A DNA stretch of 24,000 nt from Desulfurococcaceae archaeon AG1 (lineage in GTDB: Archaea; Thermoproteota; Thermoprotei_A; Sulfolobales; AG1). Shown piece after piece: positions 1-8,112 of the stretch (its first letter is position 1; each line of letters opens with the position of its first letter). The stretch lies in the NCBI GenBank assembly GCA_003116855.1, contig BEWT01000012.1:4513-28512 (forward strand). The letters are read 5' to 3'. Both the position numbers and the translations under genes were made by a program. Under the pieces are notes generated by a model. The model was not told where the DNA came from. It saw only the letters and a program-made list of their open reading frames with translations, and did not search any database.

Positions 1-34
1 TACCTATACCGTTATCCGCTATAGCGATCCTCAT
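1..34 (-). CDS. hisH: Imidazole glycerol phosphate synthase glutaminase subunit HisH, 5' end only (continues off the window)
   Basis: The reverse complement of 1..34 reads ATG AGG ATC GCT ATA GCG GAT AAC GGT ATA GGT = MRIAIADNGIG, a typical HisH N-terminus (MxIAIIDYGxGN pattern). Its ATG (34..32) shares base 34 with the hisB stop TAA (36..34), a TAATG junction. It sits in the expected position in the his operon. Only 11 codons are visible. Confidence 0.55.
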   Translation of the reverse strand, partial: MRIAIADNGIG

Positions 35-600
35 TATGCAACACCCTTAGAGCTGATAACCCCTCCTCCCGTTAGCTCTGATGCCTGTTTGAGAGATACT
101 CCCAGGGCTTTGAAACAGGCTTCAGCGATGTGGTGAGGATCTTCCCCATAGATCTTGAGGGCATGAAGGGTGAAAACCCCCGAGGAGCTCATGCTCCTGA
201 GGAAATGCTCTATGTTGCGTCCATCAACATCCTCCACCCTGGATCCGCTTAGGTCTAGGCTTATTCTGCTATAGGCTCTCCTAACAAGATCTATTGCCAC
301 AGCTACTAGAGCATCATCCATAGGGATCAATGCATACCCAAACCTCCTTATCCCAACCCTATCGCCCAGAGCCTTTGAGATAGCATCACCGAGGGCTATC
401 CCCACATCCTCTATAACGTGGTGCTCAAGATCCCCTGTAGCCTCCACCCTAACCCCTATTCCTCCATGGTGGGCCATGGTTTCTAGCATGTGGGTGAGAA
501 ACCTATATGGGGTTTTCACGCTATAGCCAGGAGTATCTAGATCAACCTCTACAGAGATCTTTACCTCCCTTGTCTCTCTATAGGATCTCCCGATCCTCAT
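34..600 (-). CDS. hisB: Imidazoleglycerol-phosphate dehydratase
   Basis: 188-aa ORF. It has the IGPD-type His/Glu metal motifs (THMLETMAHHGG, DLEHHVIEDVGIALG, DPHHIAEACFKALG). ATGA start/stop overlap with hisC. His operon context. Confidence 0.9.
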   Translation of the reverse strand: MRIGRSYRETREVKISVEVDLDTPGYSVKTPYRFLTHMLETMAHHGGIGVRVEATGDLEHHVIEDVGIALGDAISKALGDRVGIRRFGYALIPMDDALVAVAIDLVRRAYSRISLDLSGSRVEDVDGRNIEHFLRSMSSSGVFTLHALKIYGEDPHHIAEACFKALGVSLKQASELTGGGVISSKGVA

Positions 601-1661
601 GATCCCATATCCTCTAGGGCTTTGATCAACAGATCTATTACCTCCTCCCTTGGGACAGAGATCCTTATATACTGATCCCCTTCTCTGAAGAGCCCCCTAT
701 ATAGCCTTACACACATACCCCTTGATCTAAGCGTCCTGTCTATCAGATCCATATCTAGGCTTGGCCTCACAAACACAAAGTTCGTCTGGGTATCGTAGGG
801 TTCTAGATAATCAATACCCCTAAGCCTAGAGACAAGAACCTTTCTAAGCCTCTTAACCTCCTCAACATATCTAAGAATCTCCTCCCTAGCCCTAAGAGCC
901 TCTATCCCAACAAGTAGGGAGAACTTGTTTATCTGGAATGGAAGCTTGATAACCCTTATAGCTCTAGACACATCGCTCCCAGCAACTATATAGCCGAGCC
1001 TAAGGCCTGCGAGACCATATGCCTTAGAGAATGTTCTAACCACAGCTAGGTTTTCATAGCTATTAATAAGATCCTCCTGCTTATCGTCTGAGAACTCTAT
1101 ATAGGCTTGATCAACAACAACCAAACCCTTAGTGCTCTCAGCAACAGCCCTTATCAACCTCTTATCAACCAGATTACCCGTTGGATTGTTGGGGCTGCAG
1201 AGAAACACTAGATCTGATTTCGAAGCCTTATCAACAGCAACATCTATATCAAACCCAAAATCCCCTTCTCGCAATGGTATATAGTCCACTCTATACCCCC
1301 TAACAAGGGATCTCAAGGCATACATGGGGAAGCTTGGTTTTAGCGTAAGCACTCTGGGCTCTTTAACCAGAACACCTGCTAGCGTTAGTAGGAGATCTAT
1401 CGCCTCGTCAGCACCGTTGGTTATGTTCACCATATCCCTCTCAACAGAAAGCATCTCGGCCAGCATCTCGGCTAACTCCGTCTCTTCGCCCTGTGGATAG
1501 AGCCTCGGATCTGTTTTAGAAGCAGCCCTGGCTATTATCCCCTCAATAAGCTCTCTGGGTATTAAGAGATTCTCATTCTTATCCAGGGGATATACACAGC
1601 CATTGCTAGCCTCGTAGACCGGGATATTGCTTCTAACAAAGGATCTGAGCCTCTCCATCAA
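597..1661 (-). CDS. hisC: Histidinol-phosphate aminotransferase (class II PLP aminotransferase)
   Basis: 354-aa ORF. Motifs LCSPNNPTGN, VVVDQAYIEF and the PLP-lysine context RTFSKAYGLAGLRLGY. Lies between hisD and hisB. Confidence 0.9.
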   Translation of the reverse strand: MMERLRSFVRSNIPVYEASNGCVYPLDKNENLLIPRELIEGIIARAASKTDPRLYPQGEETELAEMLAEMLSVERDMVNITNGADEAIDLLLTLAGVLVKEPRVLTLKPSFPMYALRSLVRGYRVDYIPLREGDFGFDIDVAVDKASKSDLVFLCSPNNPTGNLVDKRLIRAVAESTKGLVVVDQAYIEFSDDKQEDLINSYENLAVVRTFSKAYGLAGLRLGYIVAGSDVSRAIRVIKLPFQINKFSLLVGIEALRAREEILRYVEEVKRLRKVLVSRLRGIDYLEPYDTQTNFVFVRPSLDMDLIDRTLRSRGMCVRLYRGLFREGDQYIRISVPREEVIDLLIKALEDMGS

Positions 1662-1667
1662 CTCCTT

Positions 1668-2948
1668 TCACCTAGAAATAGATCTAAGGTGGATCTCGAA
1701 CCCCTCCGAGAGAGCTATAGGGCTTATAGCCATTGCTATCTCCCTAAGATCTCCTAGAGATCCGTGAAACCTAACAGCCCTCCTAAGAGCAACAAAGTCC
1801 AAAACAGAGAGCCCACCCCTCCACCTAGCCCACGACATGGTGGGGAGAATATGATTAGCTCCCGAGTAATAGTCATTCACAGCCGTTGATACACACCCAC
1901 TTAGCAACACACCGTAGTTCTTGATCATCCCCACGAGATCCTCATCCTCGCTACAGATCTCCACATGCTCAGGAGCTATTAGGTCTATGAAGCGGGCTGC
2001 TAGCACAGGGTTATCAGCAACAACTATGCTTAAGAGCCTGGAGACTCTCTCGAAAACCATGGATCCAGTCTCTCGAGAAAGTCTCTCAATAGATCTCGAG
2101 AGGTTCTCCGCGATAGAGTCGCTTGTTGTGACAGCTATTAGGAGAACCGAATCCCCGTGCTCAGCCTGCGCGGCTAGATGCCAGGCTATATCATCCTCAG
2201 AGCCTTTCTTATCAACATATACTAGGAGCTCTGTCGGGCCTGCGAGCATATCGATCCCCACGTCTTTTGAAACAACATGCTTAGCCATCGTAACATAGAT
2301 ACCCCCAGGGCCTGCTATCTTATCAACCCTCTCGATACTCTCGGTACCATATGCTAGTGCAGCAACACCATAGGGCCCGCCAACCCTATATACACCGTCA
2401 AAACCAGCGATCGCTAGGGCAGCCATCATTGTATTGGTGAGGGCTTTTGGTGGGAGGAATGCTACGAGCCTCTCAACACCGGCTTCTCTAGCAACTGTTC
2501 CACACATAATAGCTGTAGATATATATGGCACCACGCCTCCCGGGACATAGCATGCCGCTCTACTCACTGGTTTAAAGAAGATCTCTATAGATATACCGTT
2601 GCCAGTATCGACGAACCATCGCTCCTTGATAATGCTTACTAGGGGTTGCTCAGCGATCCTTATCCTCTTTGAGAGCTCTCTGAGAGAGCTTACCACACTC
2701 CTATCAACCTTCTCAATGCTTGCCTCTAGATCTTTTCTATCGATATATAGATCTTTTCTCGATAGCCTCACACCCTCGAGCTTCTCAGCATATTCTATAA
2801 CAGCTTCATCGCCCCTCTGCCTAACATCACTAACTATCCTCCTCACCCTCTCCTCAACATCATCTACGCTGATCCTCGACCTAACAATCCTAGCTATCTT
2901 CTCAACATCAGACTCACTAGCTATCCTTAACACCCTCAAAACCGCCAC
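1668..2948 (-). CDS. hisD: Histidinol dehydrogenase
   Basis: 426-aa ORF with a GTG start. HisD signatures IAGPGGIYVTMAKH, DMLAGPTELLV, AQAEHGDSV and ANHILPT. Its 5' end overlaps the hisG 3' end by 32 nt. Confidence 0.92.
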   Translation of the reverse strand: MAVLRVLRIASESDVEKIARIVRSRISVDDVEERVRRIVSDVRQRGDEAVIEYAEKLEGVRLSRKDLYIDRKDLEASIEKVDRSVVSSLRELSKRIRIAEQPLVSIIKERWFVDTGNGISIEIFFKPVSRAACYVPGGVVPYISTAIMCGTVAREAGVERLVAFLPPKALTNTMMAALAIAGFDGVYRVGGPYGVAALAYGTESIERVDKIAGPGGIYVTMAKHVVSKDVGIDMLAGPTELLVYVDKKGSEDDIAWHLAAQAEHGDSVLLIAVTTSDSIAENLSRSIERLSRETGSMVFERVSRLLSIVVADNPVLAARFIDLIAPEHVEICSEDEDLVGMIKNYGVLLSGCVSTAVNDYYSGANHILPTMSWARWRGGLSVLDFVALRRAVRFHGSLGDLREIAMAISPIALSEGFEIHLRSISR

Positions 2949-3912
2949 CCACGCCTATGTTGTCCAGCGGTATCACGAGCCTCGGTTCATATACGACTAA
3001 TCCTTGCGCGAGTCTCCTCAATATGGGCATGATCCTTATGAGATCGTCTTTACCAACCACAGTGTTTATCGCAACCCACTCAGGATCTGCTAGAGGACTT
3101 ATCGTCGGGCTCTTGAGTGCTGGGAGGGTTTTGAGAAGCTCTTCTAGGTTTTTCTTCTTAACATTGATGAATATATGGTATCTAGATCTTGCATCTATAA
3201 CTCCCCTCATTATAGCAACGATATCGGAGATCTTCTCCCTCTTAACAGGATCTCTGAGAGATCCTGGGCTTGCTATCAGCACAGCCTGTGATTCTAGAAC
3301 CATATCGATCGCTTCTAACCCGTTGCTCTCCAACGTAGTCCCGGTTTCTGAAACATCTATGATAGCATCAGCCTCTTCAGGTGGCTTAGCCTCTGTGGCT
3401 CCGAAGGATAGTATCACCTGGACCATGGTATTATCACCCCACCTGCTCCAAGGAGTTATTACAAGGGGTCTTGATGATCCATAGTACTTTTTATAACTCT
3501 CCCTGCTGGAGATAAACCTAGAAGCCGTGTTGAGATACTCGGTAGAGATCCTCAAGATCCTTTTCTCCTCCGCAAACCTCCTAACAAGATCCTCAGCACT
3601 CCTATACCCAGATCCTCTTGGTACTGCGAGGACTAGCTTAACCCTCCCTATTCCTAGCTCTAGGAGAGGTCTAACCTTATCCTCAACCCCCTGCTCCAGA
3701 ACCCAATCGATCCCTGTGATCCCTATGTCGTATAGCCCTTCGTAAACATATATCGGGATCTCCTGGGGCCTCAGGATCTTAACGCATATATCGGGATCGC
3801 TTGCTATTATAGGTCTATAGCTCCTCTCCTTACCTATCAGTGTGTAGCCAGCTCTCTCGAGAAAATCATAGACCGTCTTCTCGAGAGATCCCTTAGGTAT
3901 GGCGAGTTTAAC
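2917..3912 (-). CDS. hisG: ATP phosphoribosyltransferase, long form. The start codon is unresolved (see findings); the end coordinate marks where the conserved N-terminus begins.
   Basis: The track ORF (TTG at 3555) holds only the C-terminal part. The same frame stays open upstream, and 3912..3556 translates as VKLAIPKGSLEKTVYDFLERAGY...ILRPQEIPIYVYEGLYDIGITGIDWV...RVKLVLAVPRGS, the HisG catalytic N-terminal half. Downstream are DVSETGTTLESNGL and a C-terminal regulatory domain. Confidence 0.8.
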   Translation of the reverse strand, partial: VKLAIPKGSLEKTVYDFLERAGYTLIGKERSYRPIIASDPDICVKILRPQEIPIYVYEGLYDIGITGIDWVLEQGVEDKVRPLLELGIGRVKLVLAVPRGSGYRSAEDLVRRFAEEKRILRISTEYLNTASRFISSRESYKKYYGSSRPLVITPWSRWGDNTMVQVILSFGATEAKPPEEADAIIDVSETGTTLESNGLEAIDMVLESQAVLIASPGSLRDPVKREKISDIVAIMRGVIDARSRYHIFINVKKKNLEELLKTLPALKSPTISPLADPEWVAINTVVGKDDLIRIMPILRRLAQGLVVYEPRLVIPLDNIGVGGGFEGVKDS

Positions 3913-3944
3913 GAGGCATGCAATAACGAACCACCCCGGATGCT

Positions 3945-3951
3945 CTATATG
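3945..3951 (-). promoter_or_regulatory. TATA-like element upstream of hisG
   Basis: Minus-strand CATATAG lies about 29 nt upstream of the ATG at 3919..3917. This spacing fits an archaeal TATA box driving a leaderless or short-leader transcript. Confidence 0.3.
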
Positions 3952-4081
3952 TTTTCTCGATAGTCTTCTCTCTAATGTTTATTTCTTCTAGGCTTCTTCT
4001 CACCAAAGATCTAGGTGTGAATACACATCCCTGACGCCTTGTAGAAAAGGCTATGGATGCTTATAAGCATTTCGCCTGCTG

Positions 4082-4091
4082 TATTTATTAA
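4082..4091 (+). promoter_or_regulatory. TATA-like element upstream of PCNA
   Basis: TATTTATTAA lies about 30-39 nt upstream of the ATG at 4121. A GGTGGTGA Shine-Dalgarno-like run lies at 4111..4118. Confidence 0.35.
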
Positions 4092-4120
4092 TCGCCCTGT
4101 ATTTTCTCTGGTGGTGAGCC

Positions 4121-4885
4121 ATGTCATCCTTCGTATCGATAGAGCCTAAGGTTTCCCTCGTCTTCAGCGATATCAAGGTTCCCAAGGCTATTGTGGATTC
4201 CCTCAAAGGGCTTGTTGACGAGGTTTTGGTTACTATAGATAGCAGCGGTTTTCGCCTCACAGCTCTCGACCCTGCCAAGGTATCGATGCTCACTCTAGAG
4301 ATACCCTCGAGCGCCTTTCTAGAGCTTAGGGTTGATAGGGAGCTCTCTCTAGGAATATCTATGCAGAATCTAGAACTAACCCTAGAGGGTGTTAAGAAGA
4401 ACGAGAGGTATGTCTTGGCAAGCGATGGCGAGTTCGTAGAGGTAGTTATAGAGGGTCTTCCTACGAGGAGGTTTAAGTTTAGAAGCATAGAGCTTCCAAG
4501 CGAGATACCAAGCATAGATGTTCAATACGATGTTGACGCTATAATAGGTATAGATCCCTTCAAACTCGCGATCAAGGATATAGCATCGATAGGATCCTAC
4601 GCCCTTCTCAGGGCGGAGAACGAAGAAGCCCTCGAGATCATGGAGGCTTCTACCAAGAGGGGTCTTGCAAGGCTTACAAGAGCTTCTGGGGCTTTAATAG
4701 ATCTAAGGGTTAACAGGCCCTCAAGCTGCTCCTACGAGATCAGCTATATAGAGAAGATCCTATCCCTAGCCAAGCTAGCATCACAGCTACAGGCAAGCTT
4801 CTCCAACGACTCCCCACTCAGACTGATATTCCCCCTCGTTATAGGAGGTACGGCTACCTTTTACCTAGCGCCCCAGGCTGTGTAG
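4121..4885 (+). CDS. pcn: DNA polymerase sliding clamp (PCNA)
   Basis: 254-aa ORF with archaeal PCNA length and pattern: N-terminal FRLTALDPAKVSMLTLEIPSSAF, two-domain repeat architecture, acidic C-terminal half. Confidence 0.88.
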   Translation: MSSFVSIEPKVSLVFSDIKVPKAIVDSLKGLVDEVLVTIDSSGFRLTALDPAKVSMLTLEIPSSAFLELRVDRELSLGISMQNLELTLEGVKKNERYVLASDGEFVEVVIEGLPTRRFKFRSIELPSEIPSIDVQYDVDAIIGIDPFKLAIKDIASIGSYALLRAENEEALEIMEASTKRGLARLTRASGALIDLRVNRPSSCSYEISYIEKILSLAKLASQLQASFSNDSPLRLIFPLVIGGTATFYLAPQAV

Positions 4886-4889
4886 CAAC

Positions 4890-5462
4890 ATGAAGATCTA
4901 TGTGGAACATCTTGAAGAGGAGCTGGGGAGATGGTTATTAGCCGAGTATAGGAACAGCTATAGGATCGCTGGGGATCTTCTCCTAATAACAGGGATCGAG
5001 ATACCAGGGATCCCTAGCACAGCAAAAAGGATCCACGAGATCGCTGATCCGTCAAGGCTCGTAATACTAGACCCCCAAGCTGAAGAGGAGCTCAAGCCAG
5101 AGGATCTCCTGGAATGCGATGGCATCGTGATAGGCGGGATCCTTGGCTCACATCCTCCCCTCGGAAGGACTAAGAAGCTTCTTTCAGACAGGCTTCCCCA
5201 GGCGGTTAAGAGAAACATAGGAAGGCATCAATTCTCAATAGATGGGAGCGTCTATATAGCCCTACAGATTATTAGAGGTAAGAGGCTCAGAGACATACCA
5301 TTCACTGTGGGTGTCACGATAAAGAGGAAGCTAGGCCCTGTGGAACACGAGATCCACCTCCCATACGCCTACCCCTTGGTAGATGGAAGACCGCTATTAT
5401 CAGAAGAACTCATAGAACTCCTGGTCGGGTCGAGCGACTATATAGTTGAATATCATGCATAG
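4890..5462 (+). CDS. DUF431 / Sfm1-like SPOUT-fold SAM-dependent methyltransferase
   Basis: 190 aa. MKIYVEHLEEELGRWLLAEY and ILDPQAEEELKPEDL...IVIGGILGSHPPLGRTKKL closely parallel the yeast Sfm1 pattern (MKYIIEHMEE...EWVILEY; LLDP...LQPED...FGGILGDHPPRDRTKEL), recalled from memory. It starts 4 nt after the PCNA stop. Confidence 0.7.
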   Translation: MKIYVEHLEEELGRWLLAEYRNSYRIAGDLLLITGIEIPGIPSTAKRIHEIADPSRLVILDPQAEEELKPEDLLECDGIVIGGILGSHPPLGRTKKLLSDRLPQAVKRNIGRHQFSIDGSVYIALQIIRGKRLRDIPFTVGVTIKRKLGPVEHEIHLPYAYPLVDGRPLLSEELIELLVGSSDYIVEYHA

Positions 5463-5736
5463 ACCTATAAGCTAGCCGTTCCCATCGATCATCAACACCG
5501 CTATGGATAAAAGAGTCATGGAGGTTTGGACTTCGCAACACAGGCCTCGCATAAGTATTAACTACCATGAAAAACACCAAAGACCATATAGCTCGGAACT
5601 CAAGCTAAGGTGAGTATATATAATAGCGAAGTATAATAATTAATAGTTATATAAAATCCTTCTAGCAGTAGTAGGAGGGGTTGGTGCTCTGAAAAGGATA
5701 TTTGACAAGATATCCCCAAAGACGCCTGAAAGAGAG

Positions 5737-6369
5737 ATGTTTGATACTCTTGTTAAGCACCTCGACATATCGCTCAAAGCCCTAGACACGGCCTACGAGA
5801 TGGTTGCTGGTCGCTGCAAAGATCCTGGCGAGGCTGCTGAGAGAGCCAACGAGGTTCTTCTGATGGAGAGGGAGGCTGACGAGCTTGCCGAGGATCTGTT
5901 TGTAAAGATCATTAAGGGATCCATGCCCCCCGTCATAGTCTCAGAGCTTCAATACCTAGTAGATAAGACAGACGACATAATGGATCACATATACTTCATC
6001 GGAATGGAGATGTCCAGAGCCTATCGCAACGGCCTTACCCAGAACCAGCTTCTAGGACAGATCTACTCTGATATAGGGTTGATGATGAGCCTTGCAAAAT
6101 CTGGTTTGAAAAAACTGCGAGAGCTATATGTAAAGGCTTTTAGAGATAGAGACAGCACCCTGAAGTTGAAGGCCGAGATAGACGTGATCGAGGATAAGAT
6201 AGATGAGGTGAAAAACCAGGTTCTTAACAAGATCTATGAGGGTGGGGGTCTAAAGCCTATAGAGATATTCCACGCAATACAGCTTATAAGAACAGTCGAC
6301 GATATAGCTGACGCCACAGAAGATGCTGCCCACGCGGTGGTGAGGCTTGAAAGCTCTATTATATCGTAA
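5737..6369 (+). CDS. DUF47 family protein (PhoU-like helical bundle, phosphate-transport-regulator related)
   Basis: 210 aa, all-helical and acidic. It has two repeated halves, each ending in a D-rich helix (VDKTDDIMDHIY and VDDIADATEDAAHAV), as in DUF47/PhoU-like proteins. The true start may lie upstream near 5689 (see findings). Confidence 0.7.
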   Translation: MFDTLVKHLDISLKALDTAYEMVAGRCKDPGEAAERANEVLLMEREADELAEDLFVKIIKGSMPPVIVSELQYLVDKTDDIMDHIYFIGMEMSRAYRNGLTQNQLLGQIYSDIGLMMSLAKSGLKKLRELYVKAFRDRDSTLKLKAEIDVIEDKIDEVKNQVLNKIYEGGGLKPIEIFHAIQLIRTVDDIADATEDAAHAVVRLESSIIS

Positions 6370-6385
6370 ACATGCTAGGGAAAAG

Positions 6386-7843
6386 CTAGCCCTTAGCAAC
6401 TCCTATTGGTCTGAGCCTTGCAACTAGTTTCGCTATCTTAACCCTATCAGCTACAAGGGCTACTTTATCGACATCCTTATAGGCTCCTGGAGCCTCTTCC
6501 GATACTATCCTTGCATCCACGGCCCTTACATATATTCCTCTCTTGCTCAGCTCGTTTATAACCTGGCTTGCTGGATATGTCCTAACAGCCCCAGCCCTGC
6601 TCATCCACCTTCCAGCACCGTGTGGTGCTGAGTAGAATGTCCTTATACTCTCGGGTATCCCCACCATAACGAAGCTCCCAGACCCCATGCTACCTGGTAT
6701 TAGAACAACCTGTCCTGTCTCCTGGTGCTCTTTAGGTATCTCCGGATGACCTGGTGGGAAAGCCCTGGTGGCTCCTTTTCTATGAACAACAACCTTTCTC
6801 CTCTTCCCATCTATATCGTACTCCTCTATCTTGGCTATATTGTGGGCTACGTCGTAGATTATGCTTAGATCTAGTTTATCGGGATCGACGTGGAATACCT
6901 GCCTAAAGCTCTCCCTAACCCAGTGGGTTATGAGCTGCCTGTTGGTGAAGGCAAAGTTAGCCGCGGCACCCATAGCCTGGAAGTAGTCCTGCGCCTCCTT
7001 GGTATTGAAGGGCACAGATGCGAGCTCCCTGTCAGGTGGGTTGACGCCGTATTTCTTCATAGCCCTCTCCATGATCATTAGATAGTCGCTTGCAACCTGG
7101 TGCCCAAGCCCTCTAGATCCGCAGTGGGCCATCACAACAACCTGACCCTCGCTGAATATCCCGAGCTTCTTAGCGATGGTGGGGTCGAAGATCTTGTCAA
7201 CAACCTGGACCTCGAGGAAGTGGTTCCCAGCACCGAGTGTTCCTAGCTGCTCCTTACCCCTATCCTTAGCTGTTTTAGAAACCTTGTCGGGGTTAGCCCA
7301 GTCTATAAAGCCCCTCGACTCTATATGGTATTTATCATCAGCCCATCCAAAACCCTTCTGTATAGCCCAGTCAACACCCATGCTGAGCACGTTGTTTATA
7401 TCCTGCACAGACACCCTGATCTTACCCTCAGCACCAACCCCGCTGGGGATGTTCTCGAAAAGAGTGTCTACAAGCTCCTTAAGCTTTGGCCTAACATCCT
7501 TCTCCATAAGGTTTGTCCTTATAAGCCTAACACCACAGTTAATATCATACCCAACCCCTCCAGGGCTTATCACACCCTCATCAACATCGAAGGCAGCAAC
7601 ACCACCTATGGGGAAGCCATAGCCCTGATGCCCGTCAGGCATTACATATACCTTACCAACAACACCGGGGAGTGTTGCTACATTAGCACCCTGCACTAGG
7701 GTCATATCCTCCTTCATCTTCTTTATAAGAAACTCGTCGCCAAACACAATAACATCTGTCCTCATACCAGGTCTAGCACCCTTAGGTATGATCCATGTAT
7801 ACTCGTCTGGGCCTCTCTCGATCCTTATTGACACGACATCCAC
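6386..7843 (-). CDS. rtcB: RNA-splicing ligase RtcB (3'-phosphate/5'-hydroxyl RNA ligase)
   Basis: 485 aa. RtcB hallmarks are present: PDGHQGYGFPIGGV, GYDINCGVR, GTLGAGNHFLE, HCGSRGLGHQV, SAPHGAGR. The length fits an intein-free RtcB. Confidence 0.95.
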   Translation of the reverse strand: MDVVSIRIERGPDEYTWIIPKGARPGMRTDVIVFGDEFLIKKMKEDMTLVQGANVATLPGVVGKVYVMPDGHQGYGFPIGGVAAFDVDEGVISPGGVGYDINCGVRLIRTNLMEKDVRPKLKELVDTLFENIPSGVGAEGKIRVSVQDINNVLSMGVDWAIQKGFGWADDKYHIESRGFIDWANPDKVSKTAKDRGKEQLGTLGAGNHFLEVQVVDKIFDPTIAKKLGIFSEGQVVVMAHCGSRGLGHQVASDYLMIMERAMKKYGVNPPDRELASVPFNTKEAQDYFQAMGAAANFAFTNRQLITHWVRESFRQVFHVDPDKLDLSIIYDVAHNIAKIEEYDIDGKRRKVVVHRKGATRAFPPGHPEIPKEHQETGQVVLIPGSMGSGSFVMVGIPESIRTFYSAPHGAGRWMSRAGAVRTYPASQVINELSKRGIYVRAVDARIVSEEAPGAYKDVDKVALVADRVKIAKLVARLRPIGVAKG

Positions 7844-8074
7844 CTAATTATATTACCCACAGCACCTTTTATCCTTACTTATATATACTTATAGAGATCC
7901 ATATGGAATTAGGCCTTGTGGTTAGTATTACTCGCTACCGATCGCCTAGTCCCGCTTCCCTGACCCAGGCTTCCATCACTGGAAGCTATATCCCTTAACC
8001 TAACTGCCTCGGTATAACCTCAGCACATAGACCCTTATAGGCCTCTGTGAAATCGTGACATCCTATCACGCTAT

Positions 8075-8090
8075 CAAAACAATAAAAAGA
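8075..8090 (-). terminator. Oligo-T tract downstream of the M24 peptidase gene
   Basis: The minus strand reads TCTTTTTATTGTTTTG starting 23 nt after the stop at 8113. Archaeal termination typically occurs at T-runs. Confidence 0.4.
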
Positions 8091-8112
8091 TTCTGCGTAT
8101 TCCCACTATCCG

